DNA of 64,000 nt, from positions 587,432-651,431 of the forward strand of contig JAKOUW010000096.1 in the NCBI GenBank assembly GCA_029782365.1, in the 5' to 3' direction. Positions 8,886 through 18,428 of the stretch are shown piece after piece. The position numbers were made by a program, and so were the translations under genes. Under the pieces are notes generated by a model that was not told the DNA's origin, did no database searches, and saw nothing but the letters and a program-made list of their open reading frames with translations. Source of the DNA: Chloroflexota bacterium (lineage in GTDB: Bacteria > Chloroflexota > Anaerolineae > Anaerolineales > UBA4823). Positions within the stretch are counted from its first letter, which is position 1; each line of letters opens with the position of its first letter.

Positions 8886-10256
8886 TTAGCCTGCATCCAA
8901 ATCTTTCTGCCACTTTTCCTGCAGTGCCGTCATGAATTCATCAATCGTCTTTTGCCCGGCGATGACCGCCGATACCTGCGTAGCCAGGAAGTTGCCGCCT
9001 GCATAAATCTGGAAGTCGTCGGCTGCCAGCACAGGCACTGGCACGATGGTGGCGAAGCTCATGCTGTCCACAAAAGCGCCGCGCACTTTCCAATCCGAAC
9101 CGGCTGTGTTGTAATCGGGCCGGCTGGTGATCGATTTTCTTGGCGAAGCGCCGCGACCCTTTGTGGTCCATAGGAAGCTGTTATCGGAGAGCCACTTGAT
9201 GGCCTTCATTGTCGCCTCGTAGCGGCCTGTGTCTTTCTGGGAATACATCTCGAGGCCGCCGAGCTCGTAATAGGTGATCTGCTTACCTCCGACATTGGGG
9301 AATGGCGCGCTGATGAACGGCAGGCCTTGCGTCACGTAACCGTTAATCGTCCAGGGACCAGTCCAGAACATCGAACCCTGCCCGTTGCCAAATGCTTTGT
9401 AGCGGTCGGTGACATCGCGAGTCGACACCTGGTGTTTGTCGAACAGGTCGAGCACCCACTGCATGGCTTCTTTGCCTTTGTCGGGGTTGACACAAGCTGT
9501 CTTAAGATCATCGCTGGCGCGCTTGAAACCCATCTGCTCGGCGACCATGCCCCAGGTGACAGTTGGCTGGACTCCAGAACCGGTCATCATGATACCCGAG
9601 CGGTCCACTTTCCCATCTTTCATCTTGGTCATCGCCTTCGCCCAGGCAAGCAGTTCGTCGCCGTTCTTGGGGGGATTGTTGATATCCAGTCCGGCTTCCT
9701 TGGCATGATCGGTGTTGATCTCCACGGCTTCACACATGGCGTCCATGGGGATCATGAACAGCTTATTGTTCATCCTTGGCACGCGTGATGCTTTGAGCGA
9801 AGTGTCGCTGAAATCCGTCATATCCAGACCAGTCTTGGCAGCCAGGTCATCCAGCGGGATGATCACACCGTCATTCGCCCACTGGGCTTGCAAACCGCCG
9901 GTATTCCAGCCGAAATCGGGCGCCTGACCCGCCGCCACCGAGCCCAGCACTTTCTGGCTGATCTGATCATCTGGGACAATCTCCATGCGGATCTGGATAT
10001 CTTTGTTGGCGGCATTGAACGCGTCAATCATTTTCTGCCAAACTTCACCGTCAGACGCCACGAGCCAGCTCCAGTGAACCAGCTCAATGGGTTTGGCGAC
10101 AGACGGAGCTCCGCCAGTGGCAATCGCTGCTGGTGTATTTTGAGCTGGCGCGGCAGTTTGCGTTAAAGCCGGCGTGCAGGCCGCCAGGGTAGCCCCAACG
10201 GTTGCCAGGCCGGCTGCTTTGATAAAATCTCTACGTGTAATTTTTCTATTCGACAT
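8886..10256 (-). CDS. extracellular solute-binding protein (sugar ABC transporter), Tat-signal lipoprotein
   Basis: The N-terminus RRDFIKAAGLATVGATLAAC has a twin-arginine motif plus a lipobox Cys. The 456-aa length and sequence pattern are typical of family-1 SBPs. Confidence 0.9.
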   Translation of the reverse strand: MSNRKITRRDFIKAAGLATVGATLAACTPALTQTAAPAQNTPAAIATGGAPSVAKPIELVHWSWLVASDGEVWQKMIDAFNAANKDIQIRMEIVPDDQISQKVLGSVAAGQAPDFGWNTGGLQAQWANDGVIIPLDDLAAKTGLDMTDFSDTSLKASRVPRMNNKLFMIPMDAMCEAVEINTDHAKEAGLDINNPPKNGDELLAWAKAMTKMKDGKVDRSGIMMTGSGVQPTVTWGMVAEQMGFKRASDDLKTACVNPDKGKEAMQWVLDLFDKHQVSTRDVTDRYKAFGNGQGSMFWTGPWTINGYVTQGLPFISAPFPNVGGKQITYYELGGLEMYSQKDTGRYEATMKAIKWLSDNSFLWTTKGRGASPRKSITSRPDYNTAGSDWKVRGAFVDSMSFATIVPVPVLAADDFQIYAGGNFLATQVSAVIAGQKTIDEFMTALQEKWQKDLDAG

Positions 10257-10424
10257 GGTCTCCTCCGAAATTGGTTGGATTGTTTTTTGCCCGGCTAGAT
10301 CTTGAAAGGGTGTAGTTTTAATCGAGAGATAGGCACCTCCTGTGCAAGCCGCCGCCTGCCTTAACCTGAAACAAATTGAATGCCAGCCGTCCCAGGTTGG
10401 GGCGCCGGGCTGCGGGGAAAGAGG

Positions 10425-11381
10425 TTATCCCGGGAAAGGGATGACATTCGGAACGCCTGCATTGACCAACATATGCCAGGCTCGGTCACGGTATTTCTCG
10501 CGCACATCGCGCGTTGGCGGGCGGCAGCGGCTCGATTCCAACCCGACCAGTTCCATGCAGAGCTTGTCGAGATAACCGTCGCCGCTGGTGTACTGTTCCA
10601 TTTCCACCCACAGACTCATAAACGGCATCGCCACCTTGACCAGTTCCTTCTGTGCTTCGATATAACGCCGCTCTTCCAGCAAACTCCATATCCGCACGCC
10701 CCATTGAGGCCAATAATTGCACACGTGAACTTCAATCCCCCGCCCTCCCAGCATGTGACTGGTGACAAAGCGCATCTGGTTATCGATAATGGAAAAATGA
10801 TTTGCATACGCGGTGTACACTTGCTCAAATTCCATGTTGCCCATGTCGGGCATGGCCCATTTCAGTCCGATGACATTGGGCACCGCTTTGAGTTTCTCCA
10901 CCATTTGGGTGGATACGCTGTAACTGGTCCAAAATGTGTTGTAGATGACCAGACCGATATCGGCCGCTTGCGCCGCTGTCAGCACATATTCGTAAAAATC
11001 GGCTTCGGTGTGTGCGAAATAAAATGGAGGCGATACCTGAATAAATTCAGCTCCAATGCGTTGGGCGGCTTTTGCCAGGCGCGCCAGCTCGAGTGTGCTG
11101 GTGGTTTGAGCGCCCATCACCACCGGCACACGGCCCTGGGATTCCTCGATGATGGCCTCGGCGACCATGATTCGCTCATCGAAACTCAGAGTCGAAAAAT
11201 CACCGGCCGCGCCTCCCGCCAAAAGCACACCTGTGCCAGTGACAATGCCGCCTTCAATCACAAACCTCACATGCCGGCGGATGGCTGGCAGGTTGATGGA
11301 CATTTCCTGGTCATCATGAAAAAGCGTGGGAATGGTTACGTAACATCCGGTCAGGCGGCTGCGAGCGGTAGATGGATTCAT
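10425..11381 (-). CDS. dihydrodipicolinate synthase/N-acetylneuraminate lyase family (class I pyruvate aldolase)
   Basis: 318 aa. GGIVTGTGVLLAGGAAGDFSTLS...VVMGAQT...FIQVSPPFYF...VIYNTF...IGLKWA (Schiff-base Lys context). 4-nt overlap with the gntR-type gene. Confidence 0.8.
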   Translation of the reverse strand: MNPSTARSRLTGCYVTIPTLFHDDQEMSINLPAIRRHVRFVIEGGIVTGTGVLLAGGAAGDFSTLSFDERIMVAEAIIEESQGRVPVVMGAQTTSTLELARLAKAAQRIGAEFIQVSPPFYFAHTEADFYEYVLTAAQAADIGLVIYNTFWTSYSVSTQMVEKLKAVPNVIGLKWAMPDMGNMEFEQVYTAYANHFSIIDNQMRFVTSHMLGGRGIEVHVCNYWPQWGVRIWSLLEERRYIEAQKELVKVAMPFMSLWVEMEQYTSGDGYLDKLCMELVGLESSRCRPPTRDVREKYRDRAWHMLVNAGVPNVIPFPG

Positions 11382-12088
11382 TCTGTCTCCCCTTTTTGAT
11401 TGTTCTCATTTCCGAATGATTGCACCAGGTCAGACAATTTGAGAGATATATGGTTGCGCACCGCCTCTGCGCAGCGATCAGGGTCACGACGCCGCAGGGC
11501 GTCTAACAGCTCGCGGTGGCGAGTTTGAAATGTTGCCCAACGCTCTTCGCTGAAGGGATACATTTCCAATTCCGGCGACCAAACAAGAAAATGCAGGCCG
11601 GTAGTGCGCCAAATGCGTGAAAGATAACCGTTTTCTGCGGCATCGATCAACATGGTGTGCAGTTCGATATCCAACCGGGTTGTGTCAATCGGGTCATCAT
11701 TTTGGATCGCTGTGCCCATCGCCGTATAGATCGTTTCCAGGTGAGCGCACAGGTTGTTCCACTCTTTGATCGACATGTGTTGGATCGCCTGGCGGACGGC
11801 AAATTCCTCTAGAGCCATGCGTACCAACAGACCATCCTGCACTTCCTCCCAGTTCAGGCGCGCTACGTACGTGCCGCTTTGCGGTCTGGTTTCCAGCAAA
11901 CCCTGCTGTTCCAAGATGCGGATTGCTTCGCGGATCGGTGTTCGGCTGACTCCCAATTGGTCGGCGAGGTCTTGCTCCGGAATTTTTTCACCCGATTTGA
12001 ACTTACCCTGGATGATTGCGTCACGGATGGCTTCAACGATCTGGTCACGCAAAGATGGCTGAACAATTTTGTTGAGACGGGTACTCAT
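11378..12088 (-). CDS. GntR-family transcriptional regulator (FadR/FCD subfamily)
   Basis: N-terminal wHTH (IPEQDLADQLGVSRTPIREAIRILEQQGLL) plus a helical FCD-like C-domain. It is the first gene of the minus-strand operon. Confidence 0.9.
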   Translation of the reverse strand: MSTRLNKIVQPSLRDQIVEAIRDAIIQGKFKSGEKIPEQDLADQLGVSRTPIREAIRILEQQGLLETRPQSGTYVARLNWEEVQDGLLVRMALEEFAVRQAIQHMSIKEWNNLCAHLETIYTAMGTAIQNDDPIDTTRLDIELHTMLIDAAENGYLSRIWRTTGLHFLVWSPELEMYPFSEERWATFQTRHRELLDALRRRDPDRCAEAVRNHISLKLSDLVQSFGNENNQKGETE

Positions 12089-12119
12089 CGATTGGTTCTC
12101 CAGAGAAGTGGAAATTCTT

Positions 12120-12139
12120 GTATCTTGTATACATGATAC
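12120..12139. promoter_or_regulatory. near-perfect 20-bp palindrome, candidate GntR operator
   Basis: GTATCTTGTATACATGATAC lies 32 nt upstream of the GntR start codon in the divergent intergenic region. Two mismatched positions relative to its reverse complement. It contains the GT-N-AC core typical of GntR-family operators. Confidence 0.55.
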
Positions 12140-12341
12140 ATTAATTAATCAAGAAAGTCAACCGCCAATTTTAACCATTCTCTGACAATCAAGGTCCGGA
12201 TGATAAGCCAGCACCTTTCAGCCAGAGTTCTCGCTTGCTGGACGCCCAGCCCTTATGCGAGATCCGCTTCTCAAACCGCTGGAGTATAATTAATGAGTAA
12301 CCTGGGATCCTCTATCAATTTGAATACTGAAGGGCAGCACA

Positions 12342-12794
12342 ATGACCGGTCCGATCCCCCTCCAATCCATCCAATTCCTGCAAGGCGAATGGCAGGCCGA
12401 TAGTTCCGCGGGCGAAGCCAGCGGCGGCTTCACTTTTTCCTCTCAGGTGCAGGGCCGAGTCATGCTGCGCCGCAATTGTGCCGATTATCCGCCGCAAGGT
12501 GAGCGCCCCGCGCTGCATCATGAGGATCTGATGGTCATTTACGAAGACGCGGAGCTGGCCCTGCGCGCCGATTATTTCGACAACGAGGGTCACATCATCC
12601 ATTACTCCGGCCTCTCGCCAACGACCGGCCGGGTGGTTTTCATCAGCCAGGCCACTGCCCCCGGTCCGCAGTTCCGTCTCAGCTACGAGCTGGACCCGCA
12701 AGGGTCACTGCACGGGACTTTTGAAATCTCGCCGCCCACTGCAGGCGGAGCTTTATTGCCCTACCTGGCCTGGACGGCGCGCCGCATCGGCTGA
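12342..12794 (+). CDS. hypothetical protein (small all-beta, lipocalin/DUF1579-like by pattern only)
   Basis: 150-aa ORF with coding-like composition and a TATAAT box about 55 nt upstream. No recognisable motif. Confidence 0.5.
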   Translation: MTGPIPLQSIQFLQGEWQADSSAGEASGGFTFSSQVQGRVMLRRNCADYPPQGERPALHHEDLMVIYEDAELALRADYFDNEGHIIHYSGLSPTTGRVVFISQATAPGPQFRLSYELDPQGSLHGTFEISPPTAGGALLPYLAWTARRIG

Positions 12795-12826
12795 CTCTTG
12801 AAATGTAATTCGTCTGTTATCCCACG

Positions 12827-15115
12827 ATGAACCCGGCAGTAACGATCCTGATTGTGTTGGCTCTTTTCCTGACAATCGCCGGGATCGCCTTTGCGTTAAA
12901 CAGCAGCCGGCCCGCCTCGATCCGTGAACTGAAAGCCCAGAAAAAGATTCGCGATATCGTGGCGATTTTCCAAGACCAGAAGGGCAGCCTGCCTCAACGC
13001 CAGGAAGCGCTGGCCGCCCTGGCATCTTTGGCCGACCCGCTCGGGTTGGAAGCGCTGGTCGCCCACCTGGGTGAGAAGGATGACCCTCTGCTGCCCATGC
13101 TGCTCAGCGAACTGCCGAAAGCCGGAGAGCCAGTGCTGCCTTTCCTGAGCAAAGCCTTCCGAAACCCTGCCATCCGCCCCCAGGCGGCGCTCGTATTGGA
13201 AAAATTTGGACTCAGCTCAGCGCAGTGGCTCATCCCCTACCTGAGCGACAGCAACAGCCGCCTGCAGTATGATACTGTGCAAACGTTGGACAAGTTGGGC
13301 TGGCTGCCTGGCAAAGACGCCGCCGGCGCAGCATATTGGATCGCCCGCCGCGAGTACTTGAACTGCGTCAGCATCGGCGAGCCGGCGGTCTTGCCGCTGA
13401 TCGAGGCGCTGGAAAATCCAGGTTCAACCGAAGGAGCCATCCTCGCCCTCGGCATGCTGGGCGATGTGCGCGCCACCCTGCCCCTGCTCAAGCTGTGCAA
13501 AGACGGCAGCCTGGCTTTACTGGCGGTGCGCACCATCGCCAGGTGGAAAGAAGCTGCCCTGCCGCCGCTGCTCGCCGCCCTCAGCCACAGCGAGGAAACT
13601 GTGCGCCAGGGCGCGGTGGATGCCCTTGAGCTGATCGAGTGGCTGCCGCCGGCCGATGAAAGCGGCGCACGCTTCTGGCTGATGAAAAAGCGTTGGGATA
13701 TTGTCGAAAAAATCGGCAAACCAGCCGTCCGCCCACTGATGGACGCGCTGTTGGACAAAGACATCCAGGTGCGCCTGAGCGCCGTCCGCTGCCTGGGTGC
13801 GATCGCTGACGAGACCAGCCAGGCCATGCTGATCACACTGCTCAGCGACAAGGAATTGAATATCCAGCTCGGCGCGGTGGAAGCGTTGGGCCACTATCAG
13901 ACCCCGGATGCCATCCAGGCGCTTGTGCAAACCCTGGGAAACGATGATCTATCACCCACCAACCTGTCTGCCCTGGCCAGCATCGGCGCGCCGGCCATTC
14001 CCTTCCTGGCGTCTCAACTCAAAGCAGACTCCACAAAGGTGCGCAGTCGGGCCGCCGAAGTCTTGCGCACCCTCAAGTGGGCGCCGGAGGCAACAAGCGA
14101 CAAGGCGCTCTTTCTCCTGGCTATGCAAGATTGGGAAGGCCTGGTCAGGCTGGGCGTACCAGCCTTCGATCCACTCATTCAGGAGTTGAACCGCCTGGAA
14201 ACCTGCGGGCAGGCTGGCCAGGCCCTGGCAAAACTCTGCCGCCCACTGCTGTCCAGCGAGCCGGAGCGCGCCCACCTGGCGATCATCGCGCTGATCAAAG
14301 CGGTCGCGAGCAAACCGCTCGAGGCTCAATCGGCGCTGGTTGGCGCCCTGGCCAGCCTGGCGCCGGAGAGTGTCCAACCCATTTTGGATGCCTTGGAAGA
14401 CAGGCGGCCAGACAGTTTGCCTCTGATCGAAGCGTTGGGTAAAATTGGCGACGTGCGCGCCGCCGCGCCTCTGGCGCAGTACCTGACGACCCAACACACT
14501 CTCAGCGAACGCGAAGCTGCCGCCGAAGCGCTCGGCGGCATCGGCCCACCAGCGGTCAACCCCATATTGGAAATCCTGCGCTCTCAGAGCGTTGACCCGC
14601 GCAGCGCCGGCGCCGCCCTCGGCCTGGCCGGGCGCAAAGCGCGCGACCGCCTGGTGGAGGCGCTGAACAGTAAACAGTACGACGCCCAGGTGATTGTTTA
14701 TGCGCTGGGCAAAATACCTGATCCACAGGCGGCGGCGGCTATCATTGGCACCCTGCGCGGCGGGCAGGGTGGCCATTTCGGACAGGAGATCAAGAACACC
14801 GCTCAAACTGCTCTGTTCGAGATTGGATACCAGGCAGTTCAGCCCTTGATCGACGCCCTGGCGCTCTACCCGGCTGACCAGGAGAATTTCAAGCCCATTC
14901 TGATCAAGATGGGCCGCATGGCGCTCGACCAGCTTATTTCAAATCTGATTTCCAGTTCCTCCAGCAAACAGCGCGAGGCGATCATCGATGTGCTGGGTGA
15001 GATTGGTGAACGCAAGGCCATCACCGCGCTGTTGGCGACGATGAACGCATTGCCCATACACCGCAACCATGTCAACGCCGCCCTCGCCCGCATCCAGGCT
15101 GCCAATCTCAGGTAA
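12827..15115 (+). CDS. HEAT-repeat (PBS-lyase-type) protein with N-terminal membrane anchor
   Basis: N-terminal TM (VTILIVLALFLTIAGIAFAL), followed by many copies of the ~30-aa pattern ..A..ALG.IGD..A..PL...L. Confidence 0.8.
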   Translation: MNPAVTILIVLALFLTIAGIAFALNSSRPASIRELKAQKKIRDIVAIFQDQKGSLPQRQEALAALASLADPLGLEALVAHLGEKDDPLLPMLLSELPKAGEPVLPFLSKAFRNPAIRPQAALVLEKFGLSSAQWLIPYLSDSNSRLQYDTVQTLDKLGWLPGKDAAGAAYWIARREYLNCVSIGEPAVLPLIEALENPGSTEGAILALGMLGDVRATLPLLKLCKDGSLALLAVRTIARWKEAALPPLLAALSHSEETVRQGAVDALELIEWLPPADESGARFWLMKKRWDIVEKIGKPAVRPLMDALLDKDIQVRLSAVRCLGAIADETSQAMLITLLSDKELNIQLGAVEALGHYQTPDAIQALVQTLGNDDLSPTNLSALASIGAPAIPFLASQLKADSTKVRSRAAEVLRTLKWAPEATSDKALFLLAMQDWEGLVRLGVPAFDPLIQELNRLETCGQAGQALAKLCRPLLSSEPERAHLAIIALIKAVASKPLEAQSALVGALASLAPESVQPILDALEDRRPDSLPLIEALGKIGDVRAAAPLAQYLTTQHTLSEREAAAEALGGIGPPAVNPILEILRSQSVDPRSAGAALGLAGRKARDRLVEALNSKQYDAQVIVYALGKIPDPQAAAAIIGTLRGGQGGHFGQEIKNTAQTALFEIGYQAVQPLIDALALYPADQENFKPILIKMGRMALDQLISNLISSSSSKQREAIIDVLGEIGERKAITALLATMNALPIHRNHVNAALARIQAANLR

Positions 15116-15551
15116 AATCAAACACTGCGCGGCGTATGCGCCATAACAGCCAGGCCGTCAGCGGCCCCAGGCCAAGCAGGCAGAGCACAATCAACAGACC
15201 AATCAGCGAGGCGCCATCCAGCGTGACAAACATGTGATTTTCGAGGTCATAAGTCATGTCTTCCAGACCCAGGAAGAGCGCCATGCCGGCCGCCAGCCAC
15301 AGCGCATAATAGCCCCAGGCGCGCCGCCGGCGCAAGGCCAGCGCGCCGCCCAGCGCCAGCCCAGCGAGTGTCATATCTGCCGCGGGAAAAGCCTGCTCAT
15401 AAGCGGCATAACTGGCATACCCTGGATCGCCGGGCTGGCGCATTTGCACCGTCCCCGGAAGGAAAAACCAGCAGATCCAGTACAGCAGGATGGCCGCACC
15501 AGCCAGCAGGCCAATGCCGGTCAGCCAATGAACTTCGCTCGGGGTTTTCAT
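15108..15551 (-). CDS. integral membrane protein (4 predicted TM), unknown function
   Basis: 147 aa, hydrophobic segments. 4-nt overlap with the upstream DHDPS-family gene. Confidence 0.6.
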   Translation of the reverse strand: MKTPSEVHWLTGIGLLAGAAILLYWICWFFLPGTVQMRQPGDPGYASYAAYEQAFPAADMTLAGLALGGALALRRRRAWGYYALWLAAGMALFLGLEDMTYDLENHMFVTLDGASLIGLLIVLCLLGLGPLTAWLLWRIRRAVFDFT

Positions 15552-16468
15552 CCCGATGCGCCTGCCTGGCCTGGATTCCCCTGGCAGAGGCCCAATGCTC
15601 TTAACTGGGCTAAGATTTCTTCGCGCGCCGCTGCATCCAGCGCCAGCAGCGGGCGGCGCGCCGGGCCGCCGTAATAGCCGCAGGCGTCCAGGGCAAATTT
15701 CAAGCCGGGCACACCGTAGCGGCTGGTGACGCTGTTATTGATCTCCGCCAGCGAACATTGAACCTGGCGGGCTTCTTCCCGGCGGCCCTGGTGAAAGGCA
15801 TCCCACACCTTGCGCAGCGGCCCTGCGGCGAAATTGGCCAGCGCCATGATGCCCCCAACCGCCCCCAGCGACAAAAACGGCAGCAGCGCGCTGCCCGTCC
15901 CTGCCAGCACCTGCAGGTCGGGCCGCTTGCTCAGCACAGACGCCAGCTTGACCACGTTGGCGCTGCTGTCTTTATACCCCACAATCATCGGGTGCTCGGC
16001 CATCTTGAGCAAGACAGACGGCGTAAAATCGATGCCGGTGAAGGCCGGCACATTGTACACCAGCACAGGGATGGGCGATTCCTTAGCCACCGCATGGAAA
16101 TGCGCGCTGAGCACTTCGTTGGTGAGCGACTGCTTATAGAAGTAGGGCGGCAGAACCAGCGCCGCCTGGGCGCCGATTTGGGCAGCGGCTTGCGTCAGGG
16201 CGATAGTCTCGGCCGTCGATTCAGCGCCGGTGCCAGCGATCAGCCGCTTGCCGCTGCCCTCCAACCGCTCAACGCACACTTTCCAGGCGTCGATGCGTTC
16301 CTGCCGGGTCAAGAACGCCGCTTCGCTGTTCGATCCGGGCATCACGATGCCCTCCAGCGGCTGAGCCAACCAGCGCTCCAGGTTGCCAGCCAATAAGTCA
16401 TATGCCACCCTTTCGTCAGGATGGAACGGTGTGGGGATGGGCGGGTAAATGCCGGATAGATCAAGCAT
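15548..16468 (-). CDS. dihydrodipicolinate synthase family protein (DapA/HOGA-like aldolase)
   Basis: 306 aa. IPTPF...GIVMPGSNSEAAFLT...IAGTGAEST...ALVLPPYFY...VLVYNVPAFTG...VGYKDSS (catalytic Lys context). Confidence 0.8.
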   Translation of the reverse strand: MLDLSGIYPPIPTPFHPDERVAYDLLAGNLERWLAQPLEGIVMPGSNSEAAFLTRQERIDAWKVCVERLEGSGKRLIAGTGAESTAETIALTQAAAQIGAQAALVLPPYFYKQSLTNEVLSAHFHAVAKESPIPVLVYNVPAFTGIDFTPSVLLKMAEHPMIVGYKDSSANVVKLASVLSKRPDLQVLAGTGSALLPFLSLGAVGGIMALANFAAGPLRKVWDAFHQGRREEARQVQCSLAEINNSVTSRYGVPGLKFALDACGYYGGPARRPLLALDAAAREEILAQLRALGLCQGNPGQAGASG

Positions 16469-16571
16469 GGCGGGCCTCCTTCGATACCGTATTGTACCCT
16501 CAGGCCTGCCAGGCTGTGAAAATTTTAATGCCGCGGCCCCAGCGCACTTTTGCCCGGAACCCGCAGTACTC

Positions 16572-16820
16572 TCAAACCGGGCGCTTCAAGTTCCGGATGA
16601 TATCCACCAGCGCTATCAGCATGCCGGTGCCCATCAGGCCGTCGCCGATCCAGCGGCTGGTGCCGCCGAACAACAAGCCCGCCAGGACAAAGCCGAATGC
16701 CAGCCCCGCCAGGGGCGTGATGCGCTCCATCCGGCGAGTTTTACCCAGCAGCAGCAGCGCCCCAAGAATCGCCAGCAGCACCACCGCACCGATCAAAGGG
16801 AAAAACAAAGCCGCGTTCAT
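16572..16820 (-). CDS. small membrane protein (2 TM)
   Basis: The track ORF runs to 16979, but its upstream part overlaps the neighbouring gene and is Trp/Arg-rich. The Met at 16820 starts the hydrophobic MNAALFFPLIGAVVLLAILGALLLLG segment. Confidence 0.45.
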   Translation of the reverse strand: MNAALFFPLIGAVVLLAILGALLLLGKTRRMERITPLAGLAFGFVLAGLLFGGTSRWIGDGLMGTGMLIALVDIIRNLKRPV

Positions 16821-16848
16821 CCAGTCTCCACGATTCAAACCCAGCCGA

Positions 16849-17286
16849 TTACGCCAATTGACCTTTACCGCGCAGCAGATCGTTGACCAGCAAAATGCCG
16901 CCCACCCCAGCCGCCGCCAGACCCGCAGTGTAAACTGCCAGGCAGGCCAACACCACCGCCATCCAGGCCGGCGACTCATTCGAGCCGTTGGCTAGGCCGC
17001 TGGCCGAAGCGATGACCAGGCTGGTGATGAGTGCGGCCAGCGCCGCCGCCAGGCTCCAGCCGACCAGTTTGAGCCGGTCATGCGCCAACCAGGCCGCCAT
17101 CAACAGCAGAATTCCGCCTACCGCCGCCAGGGGAAACAACTCGGCAGGCATCAAGTAGTCAATCAGCAGGCGCTGGCGAGATAGGGCGCTCGCCGCCCCA
17201 AACGCCAGCGGCGCTGCCAGGGGCAGCCACAGGATAATGGTGCCGGTCAATGCCAGTGTTTTGATCATCCAGGTGTTGTTTTTCAT
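16849..17286 (-). CDS. integral membrane protein (4 TM), unknown function
   Basis: 145 aa, strongly hydrophobic, Ala/Leu-rich helices. Confidence 0.6.
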   Translation of the reverse strand: MKNNTWMIKTLALTGTIILWLPLAAPLAFGAASALSRQRLLIDYLMPAELFPLAAVGGILLLMAAWLAHDRLKLVGWSLAAALAALITSLVIASASGLANGSNESPAWMAVVLACLAVYTAGLAAAGVGGILLVNDLLRGKGQLA

Positions 17287-17299
17287 TGCACTCTCCTTT

Positions 17300-18397
17300 T
17301 CATGGCAGGGCAGTCTTCAAAGCGCGCACCGCCCGCAGGCTGACCCATTTGTTGGCTTTGTTTTTCTCGCCAAAATTCGACCATGTTTTCCCCTTATAAT
17401 CGTATTCTAGCGGCCAGCGGCCCTGGGCATCCTGCTTGTCCGCCACCACCCGCAGGGCATGCGCCAGGCGCGGCTCGCCGCCGCAGCCCAACCCGGCCAG
17501 CCCTTCCACGATCTGCAGCAGGTCGGTGATGTAAAACACCGGAAAGCCGAACTTCCACCAGTTACCGCTTGGCTTGTCGGTCCAGCCATTCGGATAGGGA
17601 GCATCGGCTGGGTCGCCAGCCAGGAAGAAATCCACCCCGGCCTGGATCGCCCGCTCGATCAGCGGGCTGCGCCAATTGGGCGGCAGCAAGCTGAACGCCC
17701 ACATAACCTTGGCGCCGCCCCAGGCGCAAGCCAGTTTGTTGTTTGCCCCGCAGGCAAAAAACGGCCCGCATTTACCGGCATAATAACGCAAGGTGGTGTC
17801 TTTGCTGCCCATCGACGCCACACCCTCGCCGGTCACACTGCGCGCCATCCATTCGAAAGCCAATTGCAGGCGTGCGTCACGGCAGCCCAGCGCCAGCAGT
17901 GCCGCACACAGGTTGCCTTGCAGACAATCCACCGTGCCGCCTGGCGCTCCGTTGGAACTGAACTGCCCGGCAGGCGTCAGAGCCTCGTGCAGGATGTACT
18001 GGCAGGCGCGCTCCAGGCGGGCATCCGCCTCGATTTGAGCGCCGGCTTGCGCCAGCAGAATCAGAGCCCAGACTGTACTGCGGTACTTGGGTAAATATCC
18101 AGGGCCTGGACTCTCCCAATAGCCAGGCGACTGCATTGCTTCCAGCGTCTCAGCGATTGGCCCACAGCGGTGAGCCTGCGCCTGGGCTTCGACCACCTGC
18201 GGATCATCCGGAGCCAGCCCAGCCAGGTCGCGCAGCGCCTGATAACGCACGGCGGGAATATCGGTCTCAGAGAGCCACGACAGGGTATCGCCTTTCAACA
18301 ATTCTCGCCACGTCACAAACGCCTCCGTGGCGCGCAGTTGTGAAGCACCGCGCTGCCATCCATCTGGTTTGTTAATTCCAGTATAGAAGAATTGCAA
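17300..18397 (-). CDS. hypothetical protein, possibly alpha/alpha-toroid (prenyltransferase/terpene-cyclase-like repeat) fold
   Basis: 365 aa. Repeated helical hairpin pattern with conserved aromatic/Gly positions (WALILLAQAG, LQGNLCAALLALG, ACAWGGAKVMWAFS, LLQIVEGLAGLG). The fold assignment is pattern-level only. Confidence 0.4.
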   Translation of the reverse strand: MQFFYTGINKPDGWQRGASQLRATEAFVTWRELLKGDTLSWLSETDIPAVRYQALRDLAGLAPDDPQVVEAQAQAHRCGPIAETLEAMQSPGYWESPGPGYLPKYRSTVWALILLAQAGAQIEADARLERACQYILHEALTPAGQFSSNGAPGGTVDCLQGNLCAALLALGCRDARLQLAFEWMARSVTGEGVASMGSKDTTLRYYAGKCGPFFACGANNKLACAWGGAKVMWAFSLLPPNWRSPLIERAIQAGVDFFLAGDPADAPYPNGWTDKPSGNWWKFGFPVFYITDLLQIVEGLAGLGCGGEPRLAHALRVVADKQDAQGRWPLEYDYKGKTWSNFGEKNKANKWVSLRAVRALKTALP

Positions 18398-18428
18398 TCT
18401 AAATGCAACCCCCTACGTTGGTTCAATA

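Noticed and set aside
10380-11399. 339-aa plus-strand ORF
   Set aside because: It is antisense to the DHDPS-family gene, which has recognisable motifs. Its composition is His/Arg/Gly-rich, typical of a high-GC shadow ORF.
13237-14806. Minus-strand ORFs of 204, 137 and 284 aa inside the HEAT-repeat gene
   Set aside because: They are antisense shadows: Ser/Arg/Ala-rich low-complexity translations, with no start signals.
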